Notes under the pieces: model-generated
Databases searched by the model: none
Seen by the model: the letters and a program-made list of their open reading frames with translations, nothing else
What the model was told of the DNA's origin: nothing
Assembly (NCBI GenBank): GCA_020137815.1
Contig: CM035358.1
Location: 7,998,001-8,062,000, forward strand
Length of the DNA stretch: 64,000 bases
From: Hormiphora californensis
Taxonomy: Eukaryota; Animalia; Ctenophora
Reading direction: 5' to 3'
Part shown: positions 1 to 62,846 of the stretch, piece after piece
How positions within the stretch are numbered: the stretch's first letter is position 1
Layout: the number at the start of each line of letters is the position of its first letter
Made by a program: the position numbers and the translations under genes

Positions 1-687
1 GGAGGGAGGGGGGGGAGAGGGGAAAAGGGGGGTGGAGAGGTAAGCTCGAGGCGCCAATACCTCGTTATCGCAGGGGCGTCTGAAAGCGCAGATCTACAGG
101 ACTTCGAAGATCTTCGCTGAGTTGCTGTTTCGTCGCTTGTCGTTTTTCCAGGCTCTGCTCCCCCTGCTCATCTCTCGCCTCTCTCCCCCGCGTTGTCAAG
201 TCGCTGTTCTGCTGTGCCCGCTTCCCTCGTGCTCGCGAGGAAGGAGCATTGTCACTGTAGCCCATCGAACAGATTCATGCAACTTTGCAAAACTACTCAT
301 ATGATTGATCTTGCTCTTACTCTCATAAATCTCTCCCTCATAGTTTTTCCCTTCGCTTCATAACTTCATTCAACTTCTCCCAACTCACTCTTTTCTTCCC
401 CTACCCCCCCTATCTTTTCCACCCCTTATCCTATCACCAAACATATAAACGAGAAAGCATTTTATGCATTATATGAGCCTGTTTAAAACAATCAAGTTGT
501 AAGAGAGATTTGACAAGAGTGCTGAATCAGACAGAATTGTGATGGCGGGGAAGTCATGTTACTGTGCTGGCGAGCGCAAAGGTGACCATTTGAAATCAAT
601 AAAATTCGAATAGGTGCGGATGATACCTAGAGCGGCTGCATTATACATGTGATAGTATAACAGTGTGTACGATCAAATAATTCCCCC

Positions 688-813
<126 letters not shown>

Positions 814-1492
814 CGTTTTTACACCAAGACTTCTCTCTCTCTCTCTACTCTCTGTCGAGCTTGTACTTATGATTAACATAATATTGTGGATCGGAGATGA
901 TATATTCAACTCTCTGCTTGTTGTGAGATAGAGCGTGTGTCTCCCACAAGACGTCATGAAGCATGATAGTAATTATCTAATCAAGGGGGGGGGGAGCGAA
1001 GAAGGGGGAGGAGTATGGGGGAGGCACGGGGGTATAAGGTGGGGCCTGATGTGGGGCTGTGTCTGGGGTTGGAAAGATATGATCCAGAGGGGGGATCCAG
1101 CTGTATTTATATTTTGTTGGAAAGATATGATCCAGAAGGGGATTGTAATAGGCTATGTTACACTAGTGAAAATTGTACCACAACCTATAATATAGCATTG
1201 TATGAGCTCTTGGTTTGGTTTGTAGTAGTTTTTACACCTCCCTGTGTTTTCGCTTTCTCATTAAAAAGGGAGTGGGTGTGGGCATTACTGTGTCATTAAA
1301 AAAGGAAGGAGAGAGTCATTACTGAGTCATGACAGTTTTATTGTACTTTAGTAGCAGTGCTGGCACTTAGATGCAAAAGTAGCAGCAGTGACTTTGGAAT
1401 AGATCCAGAAGTCTTATACCTGTAGAAACAGTGACCAACCGATTCAACTAACTAATTAATTAATTAACTAATTAACAAATTGCTTCTCTCAC

Positions 1493-43695
<42,203 letters not shown>

Positions 43696-44655
43696 GTATC
43701 ATTTCCCTTTCATTCTAGAGAGAATGAAGATCGTGATACCACTCATAATGATGCTTTGGTCACCTTGATCTACCGAACAGAGAGCACAGAGCACACCCTC
43801 AAAACAAAATGACGACGTGAGCCACACAACGGTCGGCCGATCTCGTATCAATGTTTAGGGGCGCCGGGCGGTGAACGGCTTTTAGCCGTGACCGAAATTT
43901 TGAGTCAAGTACTGCCAAAAGTGTATGCCTACTGGGCCCGGAACCAAAATTATTAGCTCTGTCGTGGATTAAGCTTTTTCTGAAGCGTGCGCTATAAATT
44001 TTCAGTTTTTGGCAATTTCTTTTAAAAAACCGCCTCATTTTCACACTGCAATTTTAGCTAGTCTTTCCATTTTCCCTTCTTTCACCCAAAAGTGAGTCCT
44101 GGAACCAGCTCTTCTTCGCCTCTGAGGTAGAAACAGATGATTGCGTTAAAATTGAACCAGGGAGGACTGAGAATCAAAACTCTTGGCATACGTTGCAGGC
44201 CCCTTATAATATTGCGGGGGTGCGCGCATGAGGGGGCTGCAGCGCATTCCAATCAAAACTCAAAAGTCCAAAGTCGTGAGAGACAAATTTTAAAATTTCG
44301 GGGATTTATCTTTTTTATCGTGCGCGCATGATATGACTCAGCTCAAACATGAACTACGCGCGGATCATTCTTGCAGCGAACAAATCGAAAACCAACGCGT
44401 AACAAACAGGTACCATATCGCGATAACCGAATGATGGTGACAAATTACAAAACCAGGATTTTCAGGTAATTTAACAAAAGGAAAAACATCAATTGAAAAA
44501 CAACAAAATAAAGATAGAGCAACAAAGTGAAGAGATGGAACATCACTCAAACACAACAATAAAGTGCTTGTGTGCCCCAATTAAGAATAAAACACTTTTA
44601 ACACAGAAGAGGGAGAGTCCAATATAGTTCAACAACAACAAGACGATCCAGGAGA

Positions 44656-51510
<6,855 letters not shown>

Positions 51511-51647
51511 CCTGTGCTATATTGGGAAATAGGGAGGTTTAGAATTGGAAATAGGGAGATTTAGAACGGGACTAACTGGGTGAGGGGGCCAGGCGTGGGG
51601 AACTTCGGGAGAGGGAAGTTAGGGAACTTAGGCAGGCGAAGGGAGAG

Positions 51648-51773
51648 AATTGTTAGTTCTTTAGTAAGCTTTTGACAAATAGGAGAAATCAAAAGCGCGA
51701 AAAGAACGATGTTTCTTTCACATTGTCTTGTCTCTCGTCCTAAGATGGGAACGACAGGGGATCAACAATGTGT
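51648..51773 (-). ncRNA. Putative box H/ACA snoRNA, copy 6 (between Fau 3' end and ABCF1 start)
   Basis: Same family; H and ACA intact. Confidence 0.7.
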
Positions 51774-51848
51774 AGAAAGAAAAGGGAATCTAAGAATTAA
51801 AACTCGGTTTATTAGAAGTTAAAAACTCAAAGTAAGCAAATGCAGATT

Positions 51849-52836
51849 TTAAGCAGAGTTGGAGTTGGGTCCCTTCTTTCGGCCGAACTGGTTCACAGCG
51901 GTACTGAACCTCCTGTTGTACTGGATTCGCCTCTTGCACCTGAGAGAGGGGGATAACGGTTTTAGAATGGCAGTCAAGTTTTAATCAGACAGCTATCATG
52001 ATGGAAATTCAATTTATCAACCAATCATAGTCCACATAGTTTCACTGGCTCATATAACACTGTTATTTGACATGACAGGTCACAATTCAAGAGCCCTATT
52101 CAATACTATGACCTCCTAAACCCTTACCTTCCGGTCTTCTTCTTCTTCTTGTCTTCCTCCTTGGCGACCTTGGGGGTCTGTCCCTTGACCTTTCCAGCTC
52201 GAGCCAGAGATCCGTGCACTTTTCCTCCCAGGAGTTTACCTGCACAGAGATGGATACAGACAGTTAGTGATATGAACAGAGAGAGAGAGAGGTAGATAAA
52301 TAGATAGGGAGGGAGAGAGATAAGAGTTAGATAGAGAGAGAGAGAGAGAGAGAGATAGATTTAAAAAAACTTTCCCCACGGTACCTGAAGCGACGATGGT
52401 GGCAAGATCGGGCAGGGCCTCGAAGCTCATGTCATCATCGAGGGGCAGACCACCATAGTGCAGGTACAGGTCATCCTCAGACACCTACAAGAGAGGATTG
52501 TGTGAGTAGAGGAAGTGTATTAAAATCATGATTCTGTGGAGGAGTGACCCAGTGGTGAACTCGCGTGGTTCAGTGTTGGAGGCACAGAAGACTCGAGATA
52601 TTACAAAGTTAACAGCTTCAAAAACCAGACATTTTGGCATAAAATACAGCCCTGATCACGTGACCATTTGTGACGTCACTGATCATAGGAAGCAGACATT
52701 TCGAAATAAAAGAAGAAGATGATAGCTGCTGACTGACCTGTTCAATGGTGCAGATCCTCTTTCGGATCTCGGAGACGGTAGTTGAAGGCTCAACATTGAC
52801 AGCATGGGTGCTGGTACCCTGAACGAACACTTGCAT
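51849..52836 (-). CDS. FAU: Ubiquitin-like/40S ribosomal protein S30 fusion (eS30)
   Basis: Four coding exons: MQVFVQG...; ...LLGG|[21 protein letters not shown]...[14 protein letters not shown]...GPNSNSA*; AATAAA near 51810. Confidence 0.95.
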
Positions 52837-53187
52837 ACTTGCTAATTATAATTAGTTAATTAGGGAGTAATTAATTAGATAAATTATTGATTAGATCAGT
52901 AAATAAAACACTTGATTCTTCGTTAAAACTTTGGACAAAATATACAGGATAAGACCAATTAAGATCAGTAAAGGACAATCAATTGAAAACATAAAAACTT
53001 TTTGATTAAAAAACTGTGAACTCTAAGCTCTTGCTTAGTTAGTTACTATTACTAATCTGGAACAATAATACATTCTACACATCAGCCAGCAATGCTTACT
53101 GAGAGAGAGGGGACCCCTCTCAGAGGGTCACGTGTCTCTCTCCTTTAGAGAGGATCGCATTTCTCTCTATTTTGGACATATCCCACT

Positions 53188-54194
53188 CTATTTGAAAGAC
53201 GCCATCTTGTTATTTAGAGGCCAGGTTCGTGTAGAGTCAGGACTAGAGAAGTAGGTAGCAAGTTGGGGAAGGGCCCTGATCCTGTCTAGAAACGAGGCCA
53301 GAGAGGGATGGTCAGCGAGAGAGGTTGATTCCAATCTGACCCATCTATCTAGTACTTCATAGCAGAAGAAGTCGACACCACACGGCTTATCGCCTGTAAT
53401 GGGAATGTGTTAAAACTGGGCAAAGTACTATGTAGTAGCTAAAATCTACAAAGATTTGGAAATGCAAAAACATGTTGTTTTTGGATGTATAATTATGGAA
53501 TAATTCCTCTACTAATTAACAAATCATTAAACAACTAATTACCTCCAAGGAATTGTTTGTCTCCAAGGAAGTCAGCCAGTTGTTTAAAGCCCGGTTGTGC
53601 AGCAGCAACAGTTGAGGCTTTGTTAGCTGCTAGATTCTCCGCACTACCATAACACAGCCTAACATTAGACATGTTCAGATCCGCCAGAAAGTGGATACAC
53701 ATATCGAGGGCTGCTGCAGACTTGACATCAGTGGGTCCAACACCATTCTTAGCGCAGATGTAACTGAGGGAATTGGATGATAGATTGGACAATGGTATCC
53801 AACCAGGTCACTCATGAAACGTGAAACTCAGAGCGAAAACTGAAAGATATTTCAGCCTCTACACACAACTCACTTGATAATTGGAATGGTCTGGGTTAAC
53901 TTTACATCTCCATCCTCAAGATATGGAAGGTTAGGGAAATCATAGCCGAGACTAAACTTGATATCAAACCAACAGGATTTATCAAAGGTAGGACCATCAC
54001 CACACTCGTACACTACCTCCTCGTAATCTTGTTCCAGATACCTGTCGAGATAATGGTTAACATATTCTAACAAACCTTCTGTAACACTTGGAACTACTTC
54101 TATAGAGTGGTATCTAATCAGTGATCTGAACTTACTGAAGTAGCAGTCGGACGGGTTCTGCCAAACCCCTAATCTTCCAGTATCCCAATTTCAT
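53188..54194 (-). CDS. Glutathione S-transferase, Mu-class-like
   Basis: Four exons: MKLGYWKIRGLAEPVRLLL; Mu-loop YECGDGPTFDKSCWFDIKFSLGYDFPNLPYLEDGD; ...LGDKQFLG; GDKPCGVDFFCYEVLD...WPLNNKMASFK*. Confidence 0.92.
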
Positions 54195-54493
54195 GTTCTA
54201 TACAAAGAGAGATATGTTTTAGAGTAATTGTGTGATTTTCTGAACTAATTAATGGACAGGATACGCCCCAAATTGGGGTCCGGTCTCAGAAAAGCTTTTC
54301 AGAACGAGTTTTTGGGTAGCTCGGACAATGGTACACCTCAATTAAGGTAGACAGGTAGTACTTGATGGCGAAAAGCGGGAATTTAGCCTTTCGAAGGAGA
54401 GTATGTCAGTCGTGACACAGAGGTACAGGCGTACACGGTACAGCCAAATTTTAAATTTTGATAGGGATCCCTAAAAAAGTTCAGTATTTACAC

Positions 54494-54776
54494 GGGCGCG
54501 ATTATAATCTGGGTGCCTTGCAGCGTGTTTACAGGTGCGCGCTGCCAAAAAAGTACACCTAAAACCACCCAGACCGACTTTTTTCAAACGGCTATAGCCG
54601 CTCAACCACATGGCTGATTTGAGTAAACTAAACGGTATCTGATAGAGAATCGATAGTCCTAACCGATAACCTCAAACAAAACCCTAACCCGACCCTAACA
54701 ACAGCCCTAACCCGTCTCGACCGCCAAAATCGTTGAATTGTTAGCAATGGAAGGCACCCAGATTTTAACGTTTTCC
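54494..54776. mobile_element. MULE-like MITE nested in the left TIR
   Basis: 9-bp TSD tatttacac; subterminal IR aatctgggtgcctt / aaggcacccagatt. Confidence 0.75.
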
Positions 54777-55377
54777 TATTTACACAGAGTTTACACAGTC
54801 TTTACTCAGTCGTTACACCCAGAGCGGCGCGTGCTGCGCACAGTGGCTTTTTCCAAGAAAATATTGGATTGTGTGCTGCACAATTGACAAAATTGAGCGC
54901 TGCGGCGAAAAAAGTTTCCGAAAACGCTGCAAATCGAGTGCGAAAGACGCAGTCGTTACACCCAGAGCGGCGCGGGCGCTCTGGGTGTAACGACTACGGT
55001 GGCTGATTCACGCCAACTTTTTTCTCGATGAAAAAATATCAAAGAAAAATTACGAAGAAAAATTTCAATGAAAAAAAACACACACAAACTTTTTTGGCGT
55101 GAATCAGCCACCAGCCATGGCTGATCTCCGCCAACGTTTCACAAAAAAACATTGGCGTGAATCAGCCACCCCATGGCTGATCCACGCCAAGTGCGCGCGC
55201 GTGCGCACTGCTTACAACGCATGCTTTCATCATTACAATGTCCGCGCGCTCTTGTTACCCACGTGCTATACCGCCAAAAGTTCTACACTCACGTTTTTCC
55301 ACCATACCAAACTCTGATATGAGATATCTGGGGACTGGGCCGGGTGTTGATATCTCATCTCAGTTGTACATTAGTGA

Positions 55378-56027
55378 TTAGTCATTAAAACAGTTAATTA
55401 TTCGGCAGTTGAGGTAAATAAAATTTTTCCTATTACACTGAAAGAGTAAGACTGTACTGTCCAAATATTTGTCCAATCCTGGCACGGAACATCGAAGCAT
55501 CATGGTGGCAGGTACTTCTCGATCAGGTTCAATGGGAATTGCCTCTCCGTCCTTTTCCTCGGTTTCGGTAAAAGAACCAAGGAACATATCGTGCATGATG
55601 TTCCACTGGAGAGGAGCCACATATTTGGAGGATCTCGCTGCCTGTAGGAGAGGGTGAGGGTTAGTTGATGTGTGTGTGTGGTATCTATCAGATATAAAAT
55701 CAAATATAAGATCTATCAGATATAAAATCATCAGCACCTAAGGCACCTAATATTTTCTTACCTGAGTCCTGATGATCAGCACTGGAATCAGTCACAACTA
55801 GAATGTTCCGGCTATAAATGGGAGAGAGCGAAGCGAACTTGATAACATCCCTCTGAAAGGAACAGAATATTACTTATATACTTGTGTATAAAACCAGTTG
55901 TGAATAGATCTGGATGGAGCCACGTACGTCGTACCTTGAGGGGATGGCCTGTGCTGGTGCTGTCACATGATCATAGTTTATCCAGAGGAATCCTGTTTCT
56001 GTTGCTATAGTCGGCTGTCTTGCCACT
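55378..56027 (-). pseudogene. Spliced gene fragments of unknown function inside the CCCTA element
   Basis: Exon-like blocks with cag acceptors (~56027, ~55852, ~55641) and a gt donor (~55761); frames do not join cleanly. Confidence 0.3.
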
Positions 56028-56415
56028 GTGGAGAGGGAAAGATTGATTGAAATAGTGATCAGAGAAAGATAAAAATAGAGTGGATTGTACAAAAAATGGG
56101 CAGGTAAGTAGACCTTTGACCCTAATATAGGGCTGTTATATTCCCACTAACTCATGACTGATGATGTTAGCACGGTAAAGGATATATGAGGTATAAACTC
56201 TTGCCAGTGGCACGTTATTTCAGATAGCTTTCTCCCAGCGCGCCGCTGGGAGAAGCTAGCTGTAGTTTATCCGCCACTGGCGGATAAACTGGTTTAAATC
56301 ACGACGACGATCCCGAGGCGTAGCCGAGGGAGAGGCGGAGGGGTTTAAACCTATAACGTGCCAGTGACAAGAGTTTATAGGTTATATACCCTGCTTTAGT
56401 TGTTTGTTTCAAGTA

Positions 56416-56846
56416 CTGTAAAACTAGATATTTTCGTGAGATTTTTATTTTCGCTCTTTATTTTTGGCTGGAAAATCCGCGAAAATTAATTCCGCGAAAA
56501 TATTTTGGACGATTTTTTACAGAAAGCTCGTGCAAGTTATTTCAGGATGACACATTTTTTACTTTTAGTACTAAGTCAATGAGATGTGAGCCTTTTCTGT
56601 CTCATCCCTGATTGGCTATCTCTTAGAGCCAATCAGCAATGAGAAAATGCTCACATTTCATTGGTCTACGCCAAGCAGGTCTGGTGTCTCATGGCAATGA
56701 TGACTGCACTCTTGGCGTAATTAGACAATAGACTAGGACCGTGAAATGTGGGTAGCAGTGGGATTAGCGAAAATTAAAATCGCGAAAATAGTAAATTTTG
56801 ATCGAATCGCGAAAATTAATTGCCTCGAAAATATCTAGTTTTACAG
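56416..56846. mobile_element. TA-flanked MITE
   Basis: TIR ctgtaaaactagatattttcg / cgaaaatatctagttttacag. Confidence 0.8.
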
Positions 56847-58485
56847 TATTACACACTTACAAGAGAGAGAACACTAATCAAAACACACAAAGAGAACTGA
56901 GAAACAGTCAAAAACACCTCATAATTGAGTGTACACTGTTTGGTAACAGTTACTAAGCAGTTGCTAAGGAAAGAGAGTGAAAGAAATAGCCTGATAAGGG
57001 GCATGTCACACATAACACAGAGGAAGAGATAGTGAGACAAAAGGGGAGATAAAGAGAGAGTAATTGACGGAATGTGTCCTTTCTTTCTCTCCAATGTAGT
57101 GTGTAAATGTTGCACATAGTGTTCCCTCTGTATTTTAGTAAGAACTGATCATTTACACACACTTTGAATTTTGCATAGGAGTTAAAAATAAATAACCTGC
57201 CAGTGGGAAATAATCTGCCGCTGGACTGGATGTTTATTGAGAGCGCGCCAGTGGGACTTCTCGCCACTGGCGCATTATTTAAGTTAGCAGGGTATATAAA
57301 TCCATAGAGCCAAGCACTTTTGGGGTCTGGTCAACTGTAACTAGCTCTTCTGGGGTCCTGTCAGCTCTATGATCAGCTCAGTGTTCTGTAAATAGGAGGG
57401 GGGTTAGTCGGTGTCGTCACCATACTACTACTACTACGAGTGCCTGGGCTTGCCAACGGCAAGCCCACATAACAGGGGACTATAATCTCAAGTGATATCG
57501 CTGCAGCACTAGGAGAGCAGCCCCCCAATCCCCACGAAGAAACATGAAGTTACATCGGTGACCTGTCATCTGACACGAATCACTCGAAGGTGGCTCAAGG
57601 GTTGGAGGTGCGTCTCACCATTGCAACCAACTTACATCATTCAGCTGGGTATAAATCAGATCCACACTCTCCACATAACATGGCTCACAAAGAGGAAGGT
57701 AGGTTCCTCCACCACACGCACGCTCAGGACAGGGATGGCCAGGATATCAGGATATGACTTCAGCAATTAGTAATATGTATTAATCTGTAATCAATGGACT
57801 CATGCCTGGAAAGGTAACCGAGTTTAGTGAATTCAAAATGGAATTGGTAAATTATGTAACAGTAGGAGTTGCTAAATGGACCTAATTTTCAATTCAACAG
57901 TGTACCGCAGTCTTACAATGATAAGTACACATATACAGTATTAATATACTGTACACTGTACATTGTACAGTGTCACATTGCAGCACACATTAGGCAAGTA
58001 CTGCTACAGTATACTGGAATATTAGCACATGCACATGCACAGTCACCAAGAAGAGGAAGAAGAACCTGCTACATGGAAAATGAGACGGTATCATCATAAT
58101 GCCCCTATTTGTGACACAAATTTTGTGCCGGGTTGTAATTCTGCACAATGAATTGATAAAAATCAGGTTTAACTGTCCTTGAGATTAAATTAAATTGATT
58201 AAAATACATGCGTCAGATTGATTATCATATATAAAAGATTAATATCATTTCTGTCTGAAATAAGACGTGTTGTGTCGGAATCATAGAACTCGAACACCGG
58301 GGTCTCAGATAATAAACGCACACCACGATCGGTCACAGAGTGAACCTGCAAAGTGGGACCAGGGACAACACCGAAGTGTCGAGAGTACCCTCGTATCCAT
58401 CACGGAACCCGATATTGTCGGATTGCTATTTCAATAATCTCAATTCATTCACGCCATCACACGAATAAACAATAAATATAAAATA

Positions 58486-60397
58486 TCATAAAATTAAAAG
58501 TTCAGTCAACAAAATCGCACATGGAGTGGGAGGAGGGGCTGTGAAGTTTTTTCTGGTACCCCTCAGAGAAACCAGGGTACTTCTCAGCAGGCAGAACCTG
58601 ATCCTGGTCCTGATGAAGTTTATTGTCTCTGGATACTTGTCATGGTGTTTACCAGAGGTGCGAGTAGCCAGCTTTTTAATGAGTCTCTCAGCTTCTGGTC
58701 CGGCACCTCCTGAGGTGGACATAACAAACGGGGTGAATGCTCCTCTCTCTGCCTCTCTGATACGCTGTTGGTAATCGCGTTTCTTTCTGCTTTCGTGGAG
58801 TCTGTACAGAGCTCTGGGTTCTTTATCTCTGTAGCTCGGAGCTGTTGGGTGGAATACTGCCACGTCTATGTGGGCTCCCTGTAATCTTCTCCATAAGCTA
58901 ATAGCATATACGTCACTGCGAGCATCAGGTGCTGTATTGACACTCTTGGGGTAGTCACCTGGGTTAACCGGCTGTAACACTTTCTCGATTTCAACACCCT
59001 TGTATCCTGCATGGGTAGTTCAAGTTCAAGTTCAAATAAATTACACACAATAGTTAATACAACATACAGTGCAGAAATTCCCATCTCGTGGGTCCTCCTT
59101 TGTCAACTAGTCTATTTACAAGTCCCTACTCAGACATAAACAGCGTCAGCAGCAAACAACATATATACAGCCTCACACAACGCTCTTCCTTTCTGCCTCT
59201 CGAAACTCATTAGGGACCGTCATATAGCCACGCACCGGTGGTCTGTCATAGAATTCCTTCATGAACGCACCAAGGTTTGCCTTGAACCCAGGAAGTGTTT
59301 CTGAAAGAGTAACCTCTCGAGGGAGTTTATTCCATAACCGAGGTGCCCTGAAGCCGAAAGAGTTATACAGTTGGTTTGCCCGTTTGGATTCTGCCCAGTA
59401 AGGATATTTCTGGGTTTTCGCCTGTACTCCCAACCGACCCGTCTGGAACTCCATCTCAACACAATTGGGAACAAGTCCCTTATAGATCTTCCAAACGTGG
59501 ATTAACTCATATCTCTGGCGTCTTCTCTGGAGGGAAATAAGGTCAAGCGCCTCTAGCCGCTGCCAGTAGTCCAGATTCTTCATCCCTTGGATCTTCCGAG
59601 TGAACGCCCGTTGAACGTTTTCCACCATTTGAATATCCCCGATTTTCGTTGGATACCACACCAGGCAACAGTATTCTAGTATGGGCCGGACTAACGCCTT
59701 GTACAAGGTTAGTACTACTTCTGGTGACCTACTCCTGAATGCACAGAAGATCCATCCTGAAATCATGTTAGCTCTCCTTACGATATCGCCAATATGATGA
59801 GTCCAGGTACCATCCGAAGATAGCCAGACCCCCAGGTCTTTTACATGCTGCTCTGGATCCACCACGGTTCCTCCCATTGTAACATAGGATAACGTTTCTG
59901 CAGTGAAGGGTAGTTCTCTCAACAACTTTGATCTACCAAGCGAATAATTAACCAATTGAAACTTATCGGTTATCCTCGTGGAGCTTCATGTTGTTGTTGA
60001 CTGACCACTGAGTGACACTTCCTAGGTCCTTCTGAAGTTCAGCCTGGTCAAGTTGGGTCCGTATTACTTGTATAAGTTTCGTATCGTCAGCAAAGGACAG
60101 GGCGTCAGCGCTTGACAACGACTCTTTCAAGTCAATTACGTAGAACAAGAACAGGATAATAATATCTGCAAGGGTATCTCTTATCTCGTTGTGTCGCAGA
60201 ATGGTATATCCTCCAGTGCTACAACTCAAGGCATGGTCTGCTCCGTTCTGTTTTCCACATACACATTCAGAGAACTGGCCGTTGATCTCAAAACCATACC
60301 TGAGGAACATAGCGTCCGTGAACTCTGATTTGGACAGCTCTCTGTTGAATACTTCCAGGGGCCGGGCAGATAGCCAGGACGAGGCTCCCGTTTCCAT
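58486..60397 (-). mobile_element. CRE-like (restriction-like endonuclease) non-LTR retrotransposon 3' fragment, interrupted
   Basis: GASSWL..CVCG..HALSCSTGGY..RHNEIRD, then after an insertion VEIEKVLQP..ARSDV..HESRKKRDY..FTPFVMSTSGG..LLRS..LRGTR. Confidence 0.8.
59017..60160 (-). mobile_element. 5'-truncated CR1/L2-like LINE nested in the CRE fragment
   Basis: LFLFYVIDL..FADDTKL..KDLGV..LYKALVRPILEYC..VQRAFT; (TTGAAC)n tail. Confidence 0.85.
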
Positions 60398-60800
60398 GTT
60401 CAGAGAAAGTGTTCTCGCCCATTAGAACTCGAACCGGTTTCGCGTCCAAACTCGAAAGAAAAAAAATATAGATCAAGAAAGAAAACTGAGTTTTGCAGCA
60501 AAACGCGCGCACCTGCAGCGCAAACATTATTATTGAGTGCGCGCGCACTTGGCGTGGATCAGCCATGGGGTGGCTGATTCACGCCAATGTTTTTTTGTGA
60601 AACGTTGGCGGAGATCAGCCATGGCTGGTGGCTGATTCACGCCAAAAAAGTTTGTGTATTTTTTTTTCGTTGAAATTTTTCTTCATATTTTTTCTTTCAA
60701 TATTTTTTCATCGAGAAAAAAGTTGGCGTGAATCAGCCACCGTAAACGACTGAGTAAAGACTGTGTAAACTCTGTGTAAATACTGAACTTTTTTAGGGAT

Positions 60801-61419
60801 CCCTATTTTTGAGACTTTTTAAAAATTTCAATTTCAATTTTTGAAAAGTTTTTTGGTGCGCGCGCGATGAATGCAGCGCTATAAGTCTTGAAAATCGCGC
60901 CTTACGTTTAAAGCAGCGCATCAAATCGTCATTTTGAATTTTCTGAGTCATGGCATTTCCCCGAATTTTTAAAAACCAACCCAGAAAATAGGGATCCCTA
61001 ATAAAGTTGTGACTTGTCACCAAACATGTGGTTTCCGTGGCGGCGCGGCTTCAAAATGCGCGATTGTAACTTGTCACCGCATGGTTTACGCCGCGCCGCA
61101 GCTACGCGCAGTGGGAACCACGTGCGTTTTGGTACGCGCACACGCGGTGACAAGTCACAACCGCGCCTCCGCAAGACTACAGTGACAAGTCACAACTTTA
61201 TTAGGGATCCCTAATAAAGTTGTGACTTGTCACCAAACATGTGGTTCCCGTGGCGGCGCGGCTTCAAAATGCGCGATTGTAACTTGTCACCGCATGGTTT
61301 ACGCCGCGCCGCAGCTACGCGCAGTGGGAACCACGTGCGTTTTGGTACGCGCACACGCGGTGACAAGTCACAACCGCGCCTCCGCAAGACTACAGTGACA
61401 AGTCACAACTTTATTAGGG
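60801..61419. mobile_element. Three small CCCTA...TAGGG MITEs in tandem (193, 211, 211 bp)
   Basis: Each bounded by TAGGGATCCCTA junctions; the last two are near-identical with TIR ccctaataaagttgtgacttgtcac. Confidence 0.75.
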
Positions 61420-62846
61420 ATCCCTATACTCCATTTTTTTTCAACTGTTCACCCCCCAAAGTCGTGCGCGGAATGGTTTTGCGCGTTTATCACATGTTAA
61501 CGTGTAGCGCGCGCCACCCAAATTCCAATTTTTATTAAATTTCAGTTTTTGGGTGAACAGTTGAAAAAAAATGGACTTTATTGGCATGCGCTGCAGACCC
61601 CAAGTGCGCGCGTTTTCCACGGCTTCTAGCATAAAGTCGAATTTTTATTGAGTGTCGCGTGGCGCGCACCAAATCTAGTGCGCGTCCACGGAATTTCGCG
61701 AAATCGATCAAGCCATGGCCGCCAGAAATTTGACATGTCGGCGACATTGTCGCGTTGGATGAGGAGATTTCTTTGTTCTCCAAGAGAATAAAGGAATCTC
61801 CTCATTTGTCAGTTTGTTCTCTGTTCCCTTCAGGCATGATCAGACGTGTTGAGTTGTCCTCTTTGACATATGCTCCTTGCTCTTTGTCCCTGTGCGAGCC
61901 CACTGATATACTATATCTCTGAAAAGACTTAGCAGGTATGAAAATCGTTCTGATTCTGTCTGGCATCGCCGACCCGATCTGAGCATACTGTCAAAATGGG
62001 TTCTGGCGCCGCCAGAAAGTTCTGATTTGGAACTTGAACCCAATTTTTCAACACAAACATTTTCCAACACAAACATGGCGAGTGACGACAGTCTCTTGCT
62101 AAAAACAGGGCAACTCGAATGTTGCTTTTTTGGTTTTGGTCCAAAACCAAAACTTTTGGATAGGATAATTGTCACTGCTTCGGCCATCGACCTCATAAAT
62201 ACCTGTTGGTAACAATCTTAACCCTTTCAGGCAGGATTACCTGTGGCTATCGAGGTGGCTCTAAAGACGGAAATTATTACGTTATGCCGTGAATTCCACA
62301 GTCAAGTCTCAACGGTGTTTTCGGTGGTCCACCCCTCTGCTGTATCCTAAAACAACCATTATTACCAGGTAACAAGAAAGAACATGTTTATTTGTCTCAT
62401 GTTCCTGACTAATTATTCTTATTTATTGCCAACACTACATGATGCATAGGGCCTAGCCCTTTGTACACTCTCACCCTGTGTGATGTGAGCCATAGAAAGT
62501 ATGGACAGGGTGGAGAGAGTGGGGAGAGAAAAATGGAGAGCTGAGAGGGTGGAGAGAGAATGGAGTGAGAAAAATGGAGAGCTGAGAGGGTAGAGAGAGA
62601 GAGAGAGAGAATAGAGAGAAAATGGAGAGCTGAGATGGTGGAGAGAGAATGGAGGATGGATTTATTTTGTAAATTTGTAACCCTCCCCTCGATTTCTTGA
62701 TTCTCGGGCGAATTCTAACCCTCACTCCTTCCCCAGGCATTTTAGTGATATCGGGATGGCTAATGTTGGATTCAGTTTCAAACCTCTATCGATTACAGTA
62801 TTCTTCATATTTGGTAAGAAAACGCTCTCATTAATAACAATTATTG

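Larger units (their letters stand above)
54469..60798. mobile_element. 6.3-kb element with CCCTA...TAGGG termini and long TIRs (CMC/CACTA-like?) carrying nested insertions
   Basis: ccctaaaaaagttcagtatttacac at left and its reverse complement at right; ~54780-55200 is largely an inverted copy of ~60535-60790. Confidence 0.7.

Noticed and set aside
61840-62300. Exon-like minus-strand segments
   Set aside because: No consistent frame or recognisable domain; could belong to a gene outside the window but unsupported
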